In this document: piece after piece, positions 50,901 through 62,645 of the stretch | How positions within the stretch are numbered: the first letter of the stretch is position 1 | Layout of the letters: every line of letters begins with the position of its first letter | NCBI GenBank assembly: GCA_040954595.2 | Contig: CM082582.2 | Location: forward strand, 13,428,327-13,492,326 | DNA length: 64,000 nucleotides | Source of the DNA: Balanoglossus misakiensis | Lineage: Eukaryota > Animalia > Hemichordata | Direction: 5' to 3' | The notes under the pieces: model-generated | What the model saw: the letters and a program-made list of their open reading frames with translations, nothing else | What the model was told of the DNA's origin: nothing | Databases searched by the model: none | Position numbers and translations under genes: made by a program

Positions 50901-52504
50901 TAGTGATATATATGTCCTGTATGAATTTTTACCTACAAGGCGTAAAACAGTTTGTGTGTTCTTACAGACTTACCTGTCCTTCAGTCCTGTCATCTTTATT
51001 TCACCTCTCTTCACAAATCTGAAACAGAAAACACATCTTGTTTTGAGAGTCTAACCTAACCCACAAGTAGAATGGATTGGTTCCAGTTTGAAGTGCTTTG
51101 CATTGAGTGACTGACATTTTATCACAATTAACGCACACACACACATCAGAATCCATCGCTCATTTTTCCCCTCAAATATTTTGTTGCAAACAAAACAGCC
51201 GGAAGAAAGAGAAGAACAGGTAAACTCGTTTCCAGTCTCCCACTTCAATTTGAAACCCTCCCACCCCTATATACTATACATGGGTCCAACCATGCCCCCT
51301 CCCTCCAATTGAGAATAATGGGTTAATACCATGGTTGTGATGGTAATAGGGTATACAAACTGATGCCATATGTTTTGTTTCTGTAATTGAGAGTTTATAG
51401 GCCTGGGAAGTAACTTCTGCTTCTTAGAATGCACAACATTTTAGCTTTATCGCTGTAATTTGCAGCAAACATGCACCTTGCTATAGTTGTTACAGCAACA
51501 ATCTATGCAATGCAGAAATTAGGACGCTCACGTAAATATCTTTAATATGCACATTCTATAAACAGTAATAACTATCACTATTGCACACCAAAATCTAGTG
51601 TAGGCTCAAATTAAAATCAAGAATGAGTTTTATGTACAAATAGTGCCATTGTTCACTTTTGAGTGAGCTATATCGCTGGTTGATGTGTGAATAAATGCAT
51701 GTACTCATGTAAAGATTTCTTTTCAGGCAAAACTGTAGTCAACTTTTTGTATTACAGCATTAAGATTAACAGAGTTTCATTTTTCAGGGTACAAAAAGGT
51801 ACTGAGGTCTCTTACAGACAAAAGTTTTAATGAACTTCTTACTTTGTTTTCCATTCTGCAGCAAACCCAGCTTGGTACGTCTTGGTGAAACACATACCAG
51901 TAAATGTCGACCGCATAGAGAGACTTCATTAGCTGCAATAGGTGAGTCAAACTAGGAACAGAAAATGAGGAGAATGTTTTTGGCAATAAATCATATTTCT
52001 ATGTTCAAATGTGAAAAAGCATCTGGGAAACATTTCACAACACTTGCTGAGACATTTCACTTCCAAACTTGGACAAAAACACACACAAAAATGCCACCTT
52101 ACACGTGGCTCAAACCTCACAGCGACATATCATTTGCTTACCAAATCTGTGGCACCCAGTGTTAGCTGGTATCTTCATGTCTGCAGTTGACATGCTGCTA
52201 TACTTTGGCTCCTGATAAACAAAATGATCCACCCACTATCACTGAATAATAACACATACACCCTTCTTCATTCACAGAATTTAAGTTGCCGTCTATACAC
52301 GGTGGGAAGAAGATGGAATATGATGGAATGTACGGATTTACTCCAAAGATAGACCTGCCAATGAAAACTGTTGTGATGAATCCATTTCCAAGTCCAGCGG
52401 ATTACTATGAACAATATCATCAGCCAATATTACTGACATTGAAATCCTCTCAGAAGTACTTTGTACCGAGTCAGTCGTATCTCAAACCCACAGAGATGAT
52501 TTAG
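35967..52504 (+). CDS. WDR97: WD repeat-containing protein 97-like (WD40 propellers, acidic/Pro-rich linker, helical C-terminus), ~1473 aa core, up to ~1587 aa with micro-exons
   Basis: Core exons: 35967-36206, 36357-36629, 36835-37055, 37266-37484, 37628-37756, 37941-37986, 38117-38252, 38397-38498, 38617-38843, 38969-39041, 40737-40919, 41217-41355, 41547-41653, 41798-41948, 42171-42246, 42334-42486, 42672-42729, 43036-43304, 46417-46830, 47302-47621, 47721-47889, 48070-48189, 48387-48486, 48602-48791, 51862-51941, 52278-52504. All are GT-AG with compatible phases, 4422 nt open. WD40 repeats present (GHSGAVSCLAVYPYGPYIISGSHDCTLRVWS). VWRVFPFAEESL...DHSPDEDHIDDVTGLCCCP...LRIWNEANRLIR resembles vertebrate WDR97 as recalled; no search was run. 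Confidence 0.85.
37112..37129 (+). promoter_or_regulatory. CTCF-like motif in WDR97 intron 3
   Basis: CCCTGCAGGGGGCGCTCT closely matches the CTCF core CCASYAGRKGGCRS; motif match only. Confidence 0.3.
43594..43614 (+). CDS. WDR97-like candidate micro-exon, 21 nt, phase 0 (PKEEDIE)
   Basis: cacag|CCCAAGGAGGAGGACATAGAG|gtgaac; multiple of 3, in frame, purine-rich. Confidence 0.6.
44363..44392 (+). CDS. WDR97-like candidate micro-exon, 30 nt, phase 0 (RVFIWSDEEE)
   Basis: ctgcag|CGAGTTTTCATCTGGAGTGATGAAGAAGAG|gtatat; multiple of 3, in frame. Confidence 0.55.
44755..44782 (+). repeat. Short imperfect (GATG)n microsatellite
   Basis: Direct read. Confidence 0.8.
49120..49143 (+). CDS. WDR97-like candidate micro-exon, 24 nt, phase 2 (ESTQLVQ)
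   Basis: tgctaactag|GGAAAGCACTCAATTAGTACAGAG|gtaatg. Confidence 0.6.
49364..49402 (+). CDS. WDR97-like candidate micro-exon, 39 nt, phase 2 (EVEDPSDLDSEA)
   Basis: tgcatgcaatacacag|AGAAGTAGAAGAT...GAAGCCAG|gtacac. Confidence 0.6.
49777..49830 (+). CDS. WDR97-like candidate mini-exon, 54 nt, phase 2 (DQVTELPTKSPQSEDNE)
   Basis: tgcaatcacag|GGATCAAGTA...AATGAGAG|gtactt. Confidence 0.6.
50041..50067 (+). CDS. WDR97-like candidate micro-exon, 27 nt, phase 2 (ELVEFKTS)
   Basis: ttttacttcaacaaag|CGAACTTGTGGAGTTTAAAACATCAAG|gtaaaa. Confidence 0.55.
50411..50434 (+). CDS. WDR97-like candidate micro-exon, 24 nt, phase 2 (ELFEEMK)
   Basis: cttacaaaag|AGAGCTTTTCGAGGAGATGAAAAG|gtatca. Confidence 0.6.
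50669..50770 (+). CDS. WDR97-like candidate cassette exon, 102 nt, phase 2 (EKEKEERQQREKERQERRQQKKQPKKPTPPLPE)
   Basis: accaaaaaag|GGAAAAAG...CCAGAAAG|gtatca; charged helix followed by a PxxP segment. Confidence 0.65.
51199..51219 (+). CDS. WDR97-like candidate micro-exon, 21 nt, phase 2 (RKKEKN)
   Basis: ttgcaaacaaaacag|CCGGAAGAAAGAGAAGAACAG|gtaaac. Confidence 0.6.
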
Positions 52505-52532
52505 ATGATGTGAGAGGACACAACGCAAACAG

Positions 52533-52581
52533 ACACACATACACACGCACACATACGCACACACACACACACACACACACA
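52533..52581 (+). repeat. Imperfect (CA)n microsatellite in the WDR97-like 3' UTR
   Basis: Direct read. Confidence 0.9.
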
Positions 52582-53661
52582 AACAAATGTCTATATTCCA
52601 TGGCTGAGTACTTCAAGTTGTCACATTTTTAAAACTGTGTGAATTTTTGGACTTGCAACAACTGTTTCACAGTGCCCATGTAAATACAAGGCCATTCGCC
52701 AATCAGATATAGCAATGATGGGCAGATGTAACAAAGTGTTTTTCTTTTGTTTGTATTAAACCTATTACATTCCATGGAGTTTTGTAAACAAATGTATCAC
52801 ATTTGAAAATTGTAAATATTACGTACCATTCCACAAGAGACTTGTATTTACAGACGACTTCATATATTTTTGAGTTTTGACAAGACTGAACGATGATTGT
52901 ATAAAGTAATTGTGAAATCTGTACATATTTTTTTCACAGAAATTATGGTTACAAATCCTTGTTTTCAGTGTATACATAAATATTTTTATTGCCATCGAAT
53001 TAAATATCTCTGAAAACAAACTGAAAAATTGAGTGACTTTTTTTTACAACTCTTGTTTATATCAAGCAAGACAAGGAATCAGTTTTGAAAATCTGACACT
53101 GTCCAGTTTTCACTGTTTCAAAAACATTTTTTATGAGATGTGAATCAACCATTTCATTTTAAAAAATCCATCCCCAGAGGAAACATTTACCTTTGAAAAT
53201 TAAACCATGACTATAAAATTCATATCTGGTTAAATATTTTTGGACAAAAATTTCAAAACTATGGTAGATGATAAACATACATGTGTATTTAGATTGTTTC
53301 AGTAGAATCAGAGATAAAATATATGGTTTGATGAATTTATGAAAGACATTCACAACTACTTTTTGACAACTTGGGCCGATTGACATCATCTACCTCAAAT
53401 AGCATTAAAAAACATCACAGCACCAGTTGCATTGGGAATTTTACAGACAAAAAAAAATCATTACCTTATCACTTCTCAGCATTAAAAAAATCTAGTCTTC
53501 TACACCAGCATTGTCTCTATTGTATGACATGTTCCATAAACTTCTGACGTGATAATTCCCATTTCCTACATATTCCCTGTGCACATATATTTTCAAAAAC
53601 CATAAATACATTTTATCGAAAATAGACTGTTTCATGTTACCACAGATCTTGGAAGGATTGT

Positions 53662-56600
53662 TCAAACTTTACTCTGGTTGCTGGTAGATGGCACATTGAG
53701 ATTACGAAATCGATCTGATTTCATCAATAATGCTGGATTGGTTGTCACCAAGGAACTACTGAACCTTTTTTGTCTTCTGAAATTCCTCAGGATTTCTTCA
53801 TTTTTTTGTCGTTTACGAGCTGTGAAAGAAAGAGAAGTCACAATAGAGCTGAACCTGAACACAAAAATTCACAGCAATCAGACCAGTGGTTTCAGAGAAG
53901 AAGACAAGAGCTGATAGATAGCGGGTGCCAGACACTGCCAGGCAATCACCCTATCTGATAAGCTCCACATCGCTGAGAAGCAGAGCTATACATATGTTGA
54001 ATGAACGACAGTTTACAACCTGGTAATAACAGTCAAACACTTGTACGTCAAATGTGTGTGCTTTTCCAGACAGACTGGAGTCTCAGCCACAGTCACTCCA
54101 CAGACAGATTTACTGTAGCCCCTTTGGCTAATAACAGACGAGACAGAAAAACATTACCATTGACACATACACTGGACAAAATTAGTGTTAATGTTACTTC
54201 AGTCCCCATTCTTTGCCTAGAGTCAAACTTGTATAGTGTAGTAGTATGAAATATAATCTTAAGGAAATAATTAGTTTTATCCACCTCCTGTCCCCCTAGA
54301 AAATTAATTCATTTTTTCAACATGTGTCAGTTATTGTCATTTCAAATATTGATAATATCGGTTCCTTATGAAATCAACACCAAGCTTTTGCTCGTTTCTT
54401 TTTAGCTTCAACAAAATTGTAATTTCAGAGTCTACAATCCCACATCATCTGGCCTCTGCTATCTACACCTCTCAATCTCTACCCTCGTTGACTATAATGA
54501 ATAAAATTACGTCCAAATTCATCCAATTTCCTACATCCTATAAAAGAGTGTCCCTCAAGACTTGCCATTTTAGATGAAATAAGTGTACCCACAAACATGT
54601 CTAACAACATGCTAATATAGTTACACTTGGGAGATTATAAGTAAACTAATTACAGGATACAGGTATCTACCACTGATTTTATTTGGCACATGCCAGAAAA
54701 TTAAAACTATAGTTTGAACTATAGTATTCAAATAACCTTATTTCAAAGATTTTAGGCTTGAAATTTGCCCTGATCAAACTGAATTTACAATCTCTAAATG
54801 AGAACAATGAACATGAGGTGCCCAGTTGCCCAATTATGAATGAAGTGCGAACAAGACAACAAATACCTACATTAAACGCACTTACCCACAGCATAAATTA
54901 AAATAAACACTCCCATAACCACTGCAGCTAAAACTAGAGGCAACACAATGGCTGTGACATTAGGTTTCCATTTCTTGTCATCTACATATAAAAAAAAATA
55001 ACCGTTAATGATGGAATGATAAATAAATACATATACACAGAATGAATAAACATAAATGCTAACAAACAGAATAAAGAAGAATTTATGTAAAATCAAAACA
55101 ACCACCCAAATGGTATGAATATATAAAAAATATGGCAAACAAAAACAGGTAACTATGACAACTTACCACTGGAAGTATGACACATTGCTGGGGCTTCATC
55201 CTCGCCGTACGGACAATCCAGATTCCCATCACAAGTGTATTTTTGTAAAATCATGAAATCATAGGAGGGTGCTTGACATCGAAACATGGCATGATATCGA
55301 CTACCCAGGGTGAAACAGACATCTGAAACGAAAGACAATTCTTTTTTTATTTTCTTCAACCAACAATAGGCCAGTCAATCTTTAAAAAGGGATTGAGCAT
55401 GAAAAACTCAACAAATACTTTCAGCATAAATATATCTAGTACAGATAAGTATCAATTTCATGCATTCTTAGAATGATTAAAAGTTTATTCAGAATCAACC
55501 CTCAAGGTATTGACACATGCAGGCTTAACTTGTTCATGGAGGGGTTGATTACATAGGACAATAACTGTATCATGAACTCACCAATAGTTTCATCCGTACC
55601 ATCTTTACAATGATTGTAGCCATCACAAAACCACCAATAGTCACGACCGTAGTTTGTGTCATAGGGCGACAGGAAAGGAGCTATGCAGGTTCCATCGTTA
55701 CATTGTAAACAGGTTTCATCACTGCTACTGGTGCCATCTATCCAAACATAATAATAATTGCTCAATAACACACTCAGGAGCATGGTAAAGCAAATTCAGT
55801 AGAGTGAACAAAGTCCCTTTAAAGTCAAATACTCACTGCAATATTCATCTCTGGCATTTGTGCAGTCACTGATTCCATTGCAGAGCTTTGACCGATGAAC
55901 ACACTGCACGGTTGAACACTGGAAATATGAACTGTTCTTACATAGATCTGTATGCATCAACAAAAATAAATTCTATTCAAAATTCATGACACATCACAAT
56001 AACTTCTATCCTAAAAAAGTACACGTTTTTTCAACTGATACTTTTTATTCGGATGTATACATGGCGTATTCTGCACTCAGTGAAAATCGACATCATTGTG
56101 TTTGACATACACGCTGAGTACTGCTGTCTCTACCCCAGGCAAGTGAAATTTGAAACGTACACACCTTGTTTCCGTAGCTACGATACAACAAGACAAATCA
56201 GACCCCGCTTGGTTGAACTCAGTAATTGAGGAGGAGAGGTGAGATCAAGACAAACTCCCGTCTTAACTCGCTTGCGGCAAATCACACTCAGCTACACATA
56301 GGGTTCTTTCAAACTAACATACTACTCAATAAAATGATTCAGAATAATAGCCTCAAAGAAGTAGCCTGAGGCTAACAGTGTAGTGAATCATCTCTGTAGT
56401 GTTTGCTGATAATATTGTTGTGTTTTTAGGATTTTGTACGTCTGCCACAGATGAGAAATAAAAGTTTATTTTAAAAAGTGGAAATAAAGCATTGAATAAT
56501 ACAAGAAATCAATGGTTTAATTCAATGTCTGTCGGCCTCTTTCTCTCTCTCTGTAGATCTGTGTGTATGTGTGTGCGTCGACACACACAATTTTGTCACA

Positions 56601-59600
56601 TTTCAAAGAGTCCCATTAGAGCAATGCTAAATTAGCCTGCTTATCAGAATATAACATCCAACAGGTTTTGCAAATTGTCACCGGCTATTAGACTCAGTGA
56701 TGCACAGCTTATTTCTGTTTTGAATGAAACCTGAGGCTGTGAACTTGATGATCTTTGCGTAGGGGGTTCCTCTATTTGATTGCAATGCTTGGAAAACCAA
56801 TGTGTGTGCCAGCTTATTATTGAACTGTAAAATAGTTTAAGGTTACAAGAGACATTACACTCTACATATAAACCCCTAGACTATTTAAAGTCCAGGAAAT
56901 CAGTTCATTTTAACCCATTCTCAGATTTCATGAAATTATTCAACGTTCGATCTTCACATCCACTTGAAGTCTACCATGACTGCATGGTATAATGACAGAA
57001 ATTATCTGCTCACATTTCAATCTCACATCATTAACGTTTCTCTTTGAATTGCGGATCTGCCTAGTAACTGTTGCCACAACAAAGAGAAACTGAGCAATGA
57101 TTGATTTTGTTGATTTTTCCTACCTGGTTGCAAGACTTGAAACTCTGCTTGAAACCCTGTGAAGGATCTTGAAATGTCACTCTTGAATTGGACCCACAGA
57201 TAACTGCCGCGGGAGACAATCTCAAATGGTGCTTCATTCCCACAGTGTTTGGATGACGTCGCGCTGCTGAAGTCGATCCGGTAGACGTCATTCCCAACGT
57301 GGAGGTAATCGTCTTCACAAAACCTGGACTCCTCAATGTGATATTCCGAATTGAAACTTAGCCGGATGTGGCTGCCCTGTGGGCCTGTGATCGTCCACAG
57401 GCAGTTGGAGTTCTCCGGGTATAGAGCTGGGAAGTTAGGTGACTGGATCATGCCAGATTGGCCAACGTCTGCCCATATGTGTTGTTGGCACTTTGCCATT
57501 GCTGGAAAATAAAAAAAAGACACTTAAAATGCACTTCTAAAGCACTTGACTTTTTGGCATTTACCTGATAATAATTTACATTCAAATTGAAATTCTCCAT
57601 TAAAATATATTGGAAAACAATTTATTTTAAATCGTATTCAAAACTTACAAGGGCGGTCGATAATTTCATATCTGATGTGGAATGCTACTGTTTCATTCAG
57701 CTCATTCCCCCTGTCTGTAGATGCCACATCCATGTTGCCACCAGGTGTAAATCTGTAGACGATATTCACATGGTTTGAAGGAAGTACAACAGGATCAACC
57801 ATTGGATTACCACATATTAACTCAGGCAGCTTTTCACCATATGGCAATTCAACTTTTGCGGTGATTTTAATGTACGAGTCCATGCATCCAAAACTTGGCT
57901 TTATACTGATTTGAACAAAGTGCAATCTGTAAAAGAAATAAAATAAAAGAATTGTCATATAACTAATCAATACATACTTGAGCTGTTCCTATATACAACA
58001 ATTTATTATCGCTGTGGTCAGCAACCCCAAGGCTCTTATTAACATCACTCAACTCCCCCAAGAATGTACACAGCAAGCGTCTAAAGCCACGGGCAAATCA
58101 CAGCTAAACTAACATGATACATGTTTATAGCTCTGCTATTAGGCAGTTCACTCATCACTCTTATTTGAAGTCAAGTGTCTTCCTAAAGGGTCGATCTGGC
58201 ATCATAGAAGTGCCAAGTGACTCAAAAGTTCTATAGTTTCCTGTCTCCCTTCTCAAGTCTCAGAACAAATTTCTTCACAGTTTTACGGCAGTATTTCACA
58301 CAAGGTGCAGTCGTTTCTACCATAAGGAAAATTCACCGAATCCTGAAAAATCAAATCTGGCAAATCACAGAACAACTGCTTACTTGATGACTTTACTCTC
58401 TGCAACGGATATACTGTAGTGACATTCAAATTCTGATGAAATATTGTGAGAAGTTCCGGGGTCAATCCTGGATTGTGGAACAATAATATCACCAGTCATG
58501 ATAGCATCTGTTAAATTAACCAATATTCTTCTACCACAGTCTGGAAAAACAATCAGGAAAAATATGAATTTTGATTTGTACCATATACCCAAAGCCAAGC
58601 CTCGCAGCACATAATATATCACATGCTTCATAAATGTAGTGCCGTTACATTTATCCAAAACTTCTGAAAGTTTGGTAAACTTGCAAATGCAACATACGGA
58701 CATCATTCCTTCTTTGACGTGACAAGGAATTCTGATAACAAACAACACACTGTTCACATATTTATGGTTCATGATCACTTGCTGTATTTCTTTTTTTCTG
58801 AAAGTGTATTCCACTAAGTTGTCGCATGGGCAGAACAAAGAAAACCTCTCGGCTAGCAGAACATACTTTCAGTTTATTCTTGAAAAACAGCCTTGAATAA
58901 TTCTCTGCAAACGCCGAAACATGCCTACTGAAACTTCAGTTTGCCGAGTTACCATGGTAACATTGATTGGGCAAAGCATGCTTTATTATACATGCACCAT
59001 GAAGGTGACTATTTTCAAACTCTGTGCAGATTGCATTTATGCAGAGCATGCACATTTATCCACTTTAGAATTTCTTGCAACAGTTCATGTTTCACTGGTT
59101 CTCAGCCCAACACATCAATTTGCATGACTGACCTAATTCTGATAAAACTGAGATTTAAGCTTAACTGCATAATACAAAAACTCAATGTCATACTCACCAT
59201 TTCCATTTGTGGGTATGGTTGGTGTGCTGGTAACAGTTTGACTACATAGAGTGAATAGAATTTCTGCAAGAGAGCAAAAATTCACAAAAATCACCTCTAT
59301 GCAAAACAACACATGTCATAACAGGCAGTTGTTACAACTACAATCAGGTTGATGTTAAACTGTCTCCACTAAGAAAGCTCTTAAGCAAGACACATCAATC
59401 AATGATCCAATTGACAAATCTGACACAGAGAAAAGAATGAGTAGGCTGGAGAATATTTGAGCCAACTTTGCACGAGTCTCCTTCAAATTTAAACAACGTG
59501 TCAACATCAACACCAGTTCCTGCATTTGTATTCATGTCCATATCGTTTAAATCCTTTCTCTCAATCTTCCATTAGCCCTTTTCATGTCGTGATCCTGTGT

Positions 59601-62600
59601 GTAACTGATCTGAGTTCCTGAACAACACAACATGTGCATTTCATCACGATGACTTTCTGAGTTTAACAGTTAAACCTGACTCTAAATTTATTCCATGTTA
59701 GCAAACAGAAAATGGCAACATTTGATACCCCCCCCCCTCTCTCTCTCTCTCCCTCCCTCCCCTTGTCCCCTCGAGCTATCTTTTTCAGAAATTCACTGCA
59801 TCAAGAGATCTTGATGGTGAGAATGGTACACATGTATATACTTTTGAGATTTCCCCAGCATCTTGGCTGCACTAACAATCCTTCATAGGCTTTTAGCATG
59901 TAGCTTACAGCTGCTACTACAGAAGGAGAAGTTTATACCCTTCTCACTTCATGTCAATGCATGAAAACATCAGCGCTAAACCAGAGACAGAAAACATTCC
60001 AATTTACTGGGTTTTTTTTCTTGAGAACATCTGGAGACCACTTTAAGTGCTTTGACCAGATTGTGAAATGAGCAAACAGCTAAAATTGTGCTATCAGAAA
60101 AAAGGGATGTTATCTCTTCCAGTCGTAGTGGTTCACTTGGGTTTTTATAGACTTTTCAGTAACAAGTAATGATATGGGCAGAGCTGTCTTCATATCTTTA
60201 ATATGTTGCATTATATGCCTTGGAAAGTGAGTCACACACATCCATGATCGATATACATAGGATTAGGAAAAGTTTGGTAAACTCTGGATTGTACAGGCAT
60301 TAACATTTTATACGGAATCACTTTTAAACATATAGATGGTTCCAAGAATTTGCAAGCAATCCGGGTCAATCAGGGTTAGTCGAGTTCAAGGCTGGTTGGC
60401 TAATTTGTCCATAATCTAGGACCCTGGTAAATGCAAACTCAATAAATTTCCTGCAGTGTTTGAAATATCTTGACAATGAAAAACAGATCAATGAAATACT
60501 GGAATCCTTACGCATGACAGAACTCCGTGTTCCCATGGTGTATAAAAGGTATACAGTCACCTATGCAAATTTAGCCACAGTTGCCATGGAAAGTGAGATC
60601 TAGCCAATCACAAATTTTCTATGGGCAGTCAGCCACCTGAAAACGATTGGGTATTCAAAGACTTATACAATAAATAGTTCTCAGTTGTAATGTAGACTTT
60701 ACTTGACTCAAAAGGTAACCATGCAAAATGCATCATTTCATTTTGAAAGCATTTTCAGAGAATAGTAAATTCTGAAGGATAGGACACAACTTGGTTGTTT
60801 GGAGTTGGCAATGTTCTGACTGCACACCACTGCATGTAAGTTTCATTGTTACCTCATTTCAATCCGATCTGACACCTGGGTCAACTAATTCCTTGTTATG
60901 ATGTAATATCTCACTGGATTAAACAGATATGGATTTGTGGAAATTTGATTATAGAGTTACGGTTGCCCATGGCAATATCACCATGTAATTACTTAATGTA
61001 GATTTGTATGACAGGAATCTTTCAGCCTAAGGCTCAAAGAATGAAGTGTTTATTTAATAAACCTGTTGTCAACCTGTCAATTTTAAATGTATTAATAATT
61101 ATAACATTTCATTTTATGCCTGATGTTCAAACCGCTTCAAACCTGTTTGTTAAACCATGGATACTTGGCAATGCAGGTAGACTGAGCATAGCATCTAGTG
61201 AGAACCAGTTACAATTTAGAAACCCTATAACAGCAAAACGAATCATGGACTCCGAAAAGAACTAGATCTTCCTTAAAGTGCAGACCCCGGCATTAAAAGG
61301 TCAACTCCTGTGACACCAGAATGAATCAACACAATCTAGTTTTTTTGTAGTGTTCACGCAAGTGTTAATTCACACCATGTTATCCTTTAAAGCTTTATTC
61401 ACAGATCTGTTGGATGCAGCTGATAATAGTCGAAATGTCACAACCCTGCATGTGTTGAATACACTCCACAGGTTACCACATCAATCTCTGTACATTAAAA
61501 TGTTTCTTTGGAATGTCTTTAGGAAAACTTTAATGTACTTTGCTTTTCATCTGCCATTTTGCTGTTGAAAGACCAAAGTCAAGTGCAGAATGATCAGCAC
61601 ATGAAGTAGAACATGTCTGTCCAAATAGCCAAGCTTTTCTGATATAAACGCTGAAGAGATACCTATGGTGCATCAACCTTACAGAACAAGAGCTTTTTTA
61701 CAAAATATGAAAAAACAATGACCAGTAATTGAGGTAGATAGCTCATGTATCAAATACAGTTTGTAAAGATAATTAATGGGCCAATTTACTTTGGAAATGA
61801 CTTTAGGTTTTCAGGATTCTGTATTAGTTACCATGGAAACATTGTGATGTCCCAGTAGGTACAAGTTCGAAAAGACAATCTCACCCACAAAAACTAATTG
61901 TCAGTAATTGTAATGACAGGAAATTGTTTCTCACTGCAAACAAAAGCCACATTTCTTACTTTGTAGATATTTCATCAGTGTTTGGTGGCAAAAGTAGACT
62001 GGTTGCCAAAGGAACAATGCTAGTTTCCTTGGAAACGTAGAAAGTTAATTGTGACAAACAGTCCTGGTATATGATTATTGTATTGTAAGACTGCCATATA
62101 TCTTTGCTACTCTCATGTAATAGTTTGGGAATAAACTTATAGTGGCAATACATTCTGCATATTGAATAAAAAAACAAGAGAATTCTGGATGGGAAATTCA
62201 GTACAAATACATAGCTACATGTATGACAGGGTCTACAAGGAGTGCTGAATTGAATTTCTCATCCATTTCTCAGTTTTAAAAAGAAAAGCTTTTGTAGTAA
62301 GTTTCCCAACTGTGAAAATGTGGCAATGCAGACATTGTACTCTTCTAGATTGCAACGTCACCAGTGATAAAAAATGCTAAACACAGAAACAACTATGATG
62401 ATGTGTTCAGAGTTGCTTTGAAATGATGGCTTTTACACACTTTGTCTTCAAAACTCCAAACTGATGTTCTGGTGTGCTCAGCCAAATACACAAAAACATC
62501 CTGTTTTCGACAGAACAAACCTTGACAGGATCAAAGACAGGATCAAATTTTTTAGAGAAAAAAAAGTTAAATTTTTCATCAGTATAAAGTATAAGCAATA

Positions 62601-62645
62601 TATAAAATACTCACCAAGCCAAACAATTAGCAGACAGAACATCAT
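53662..62645 (-). CDS. Type I membrane protein: signal peptide, divergent CUB, CUB, three LDLa-like modules, TM, short tail ending in SKV (Neto/LRP12/CULD-like), ~528 aa
   Basis: Exons 62645-62615, 59263-59198, 58540-58384, 57926-57649, 57501-57124, 55947-55837, 55737-55582, 55322-55167, 54981-54886, 53819-53662. All are GT-AG with compatible phases, 1587 nt. Signal peptide MMFCLLIVWLEILFTLCS; CUB SGMIQSPNFPALYPENSNCLWTI...FKSDISRSFTGF; LDLa FQCSTVQCVHRSKLCNGISDCTNARDE and CDGNLDCPYGEDE; TM AIVLPLVLAAVVMGVFILIYAV followed by RKR. The first two exons are less certain. Confidence 0.82.
58948..58961. promoter_or_regulatory. Perfect palindromic RFX X-box-like motif GTTACCATGGTAAC in intron 2 of the CUB-LDLa gene
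   Basis: Exact 14-bp palindrome matching the GTNRCCATGGYAAC consensus; function not shown. Confidence 0.45.
59728..59762 (+). repeat. Poly-C / (CT)n low-complexity tract
   Basis: Direct read. Confidence 0.8.
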
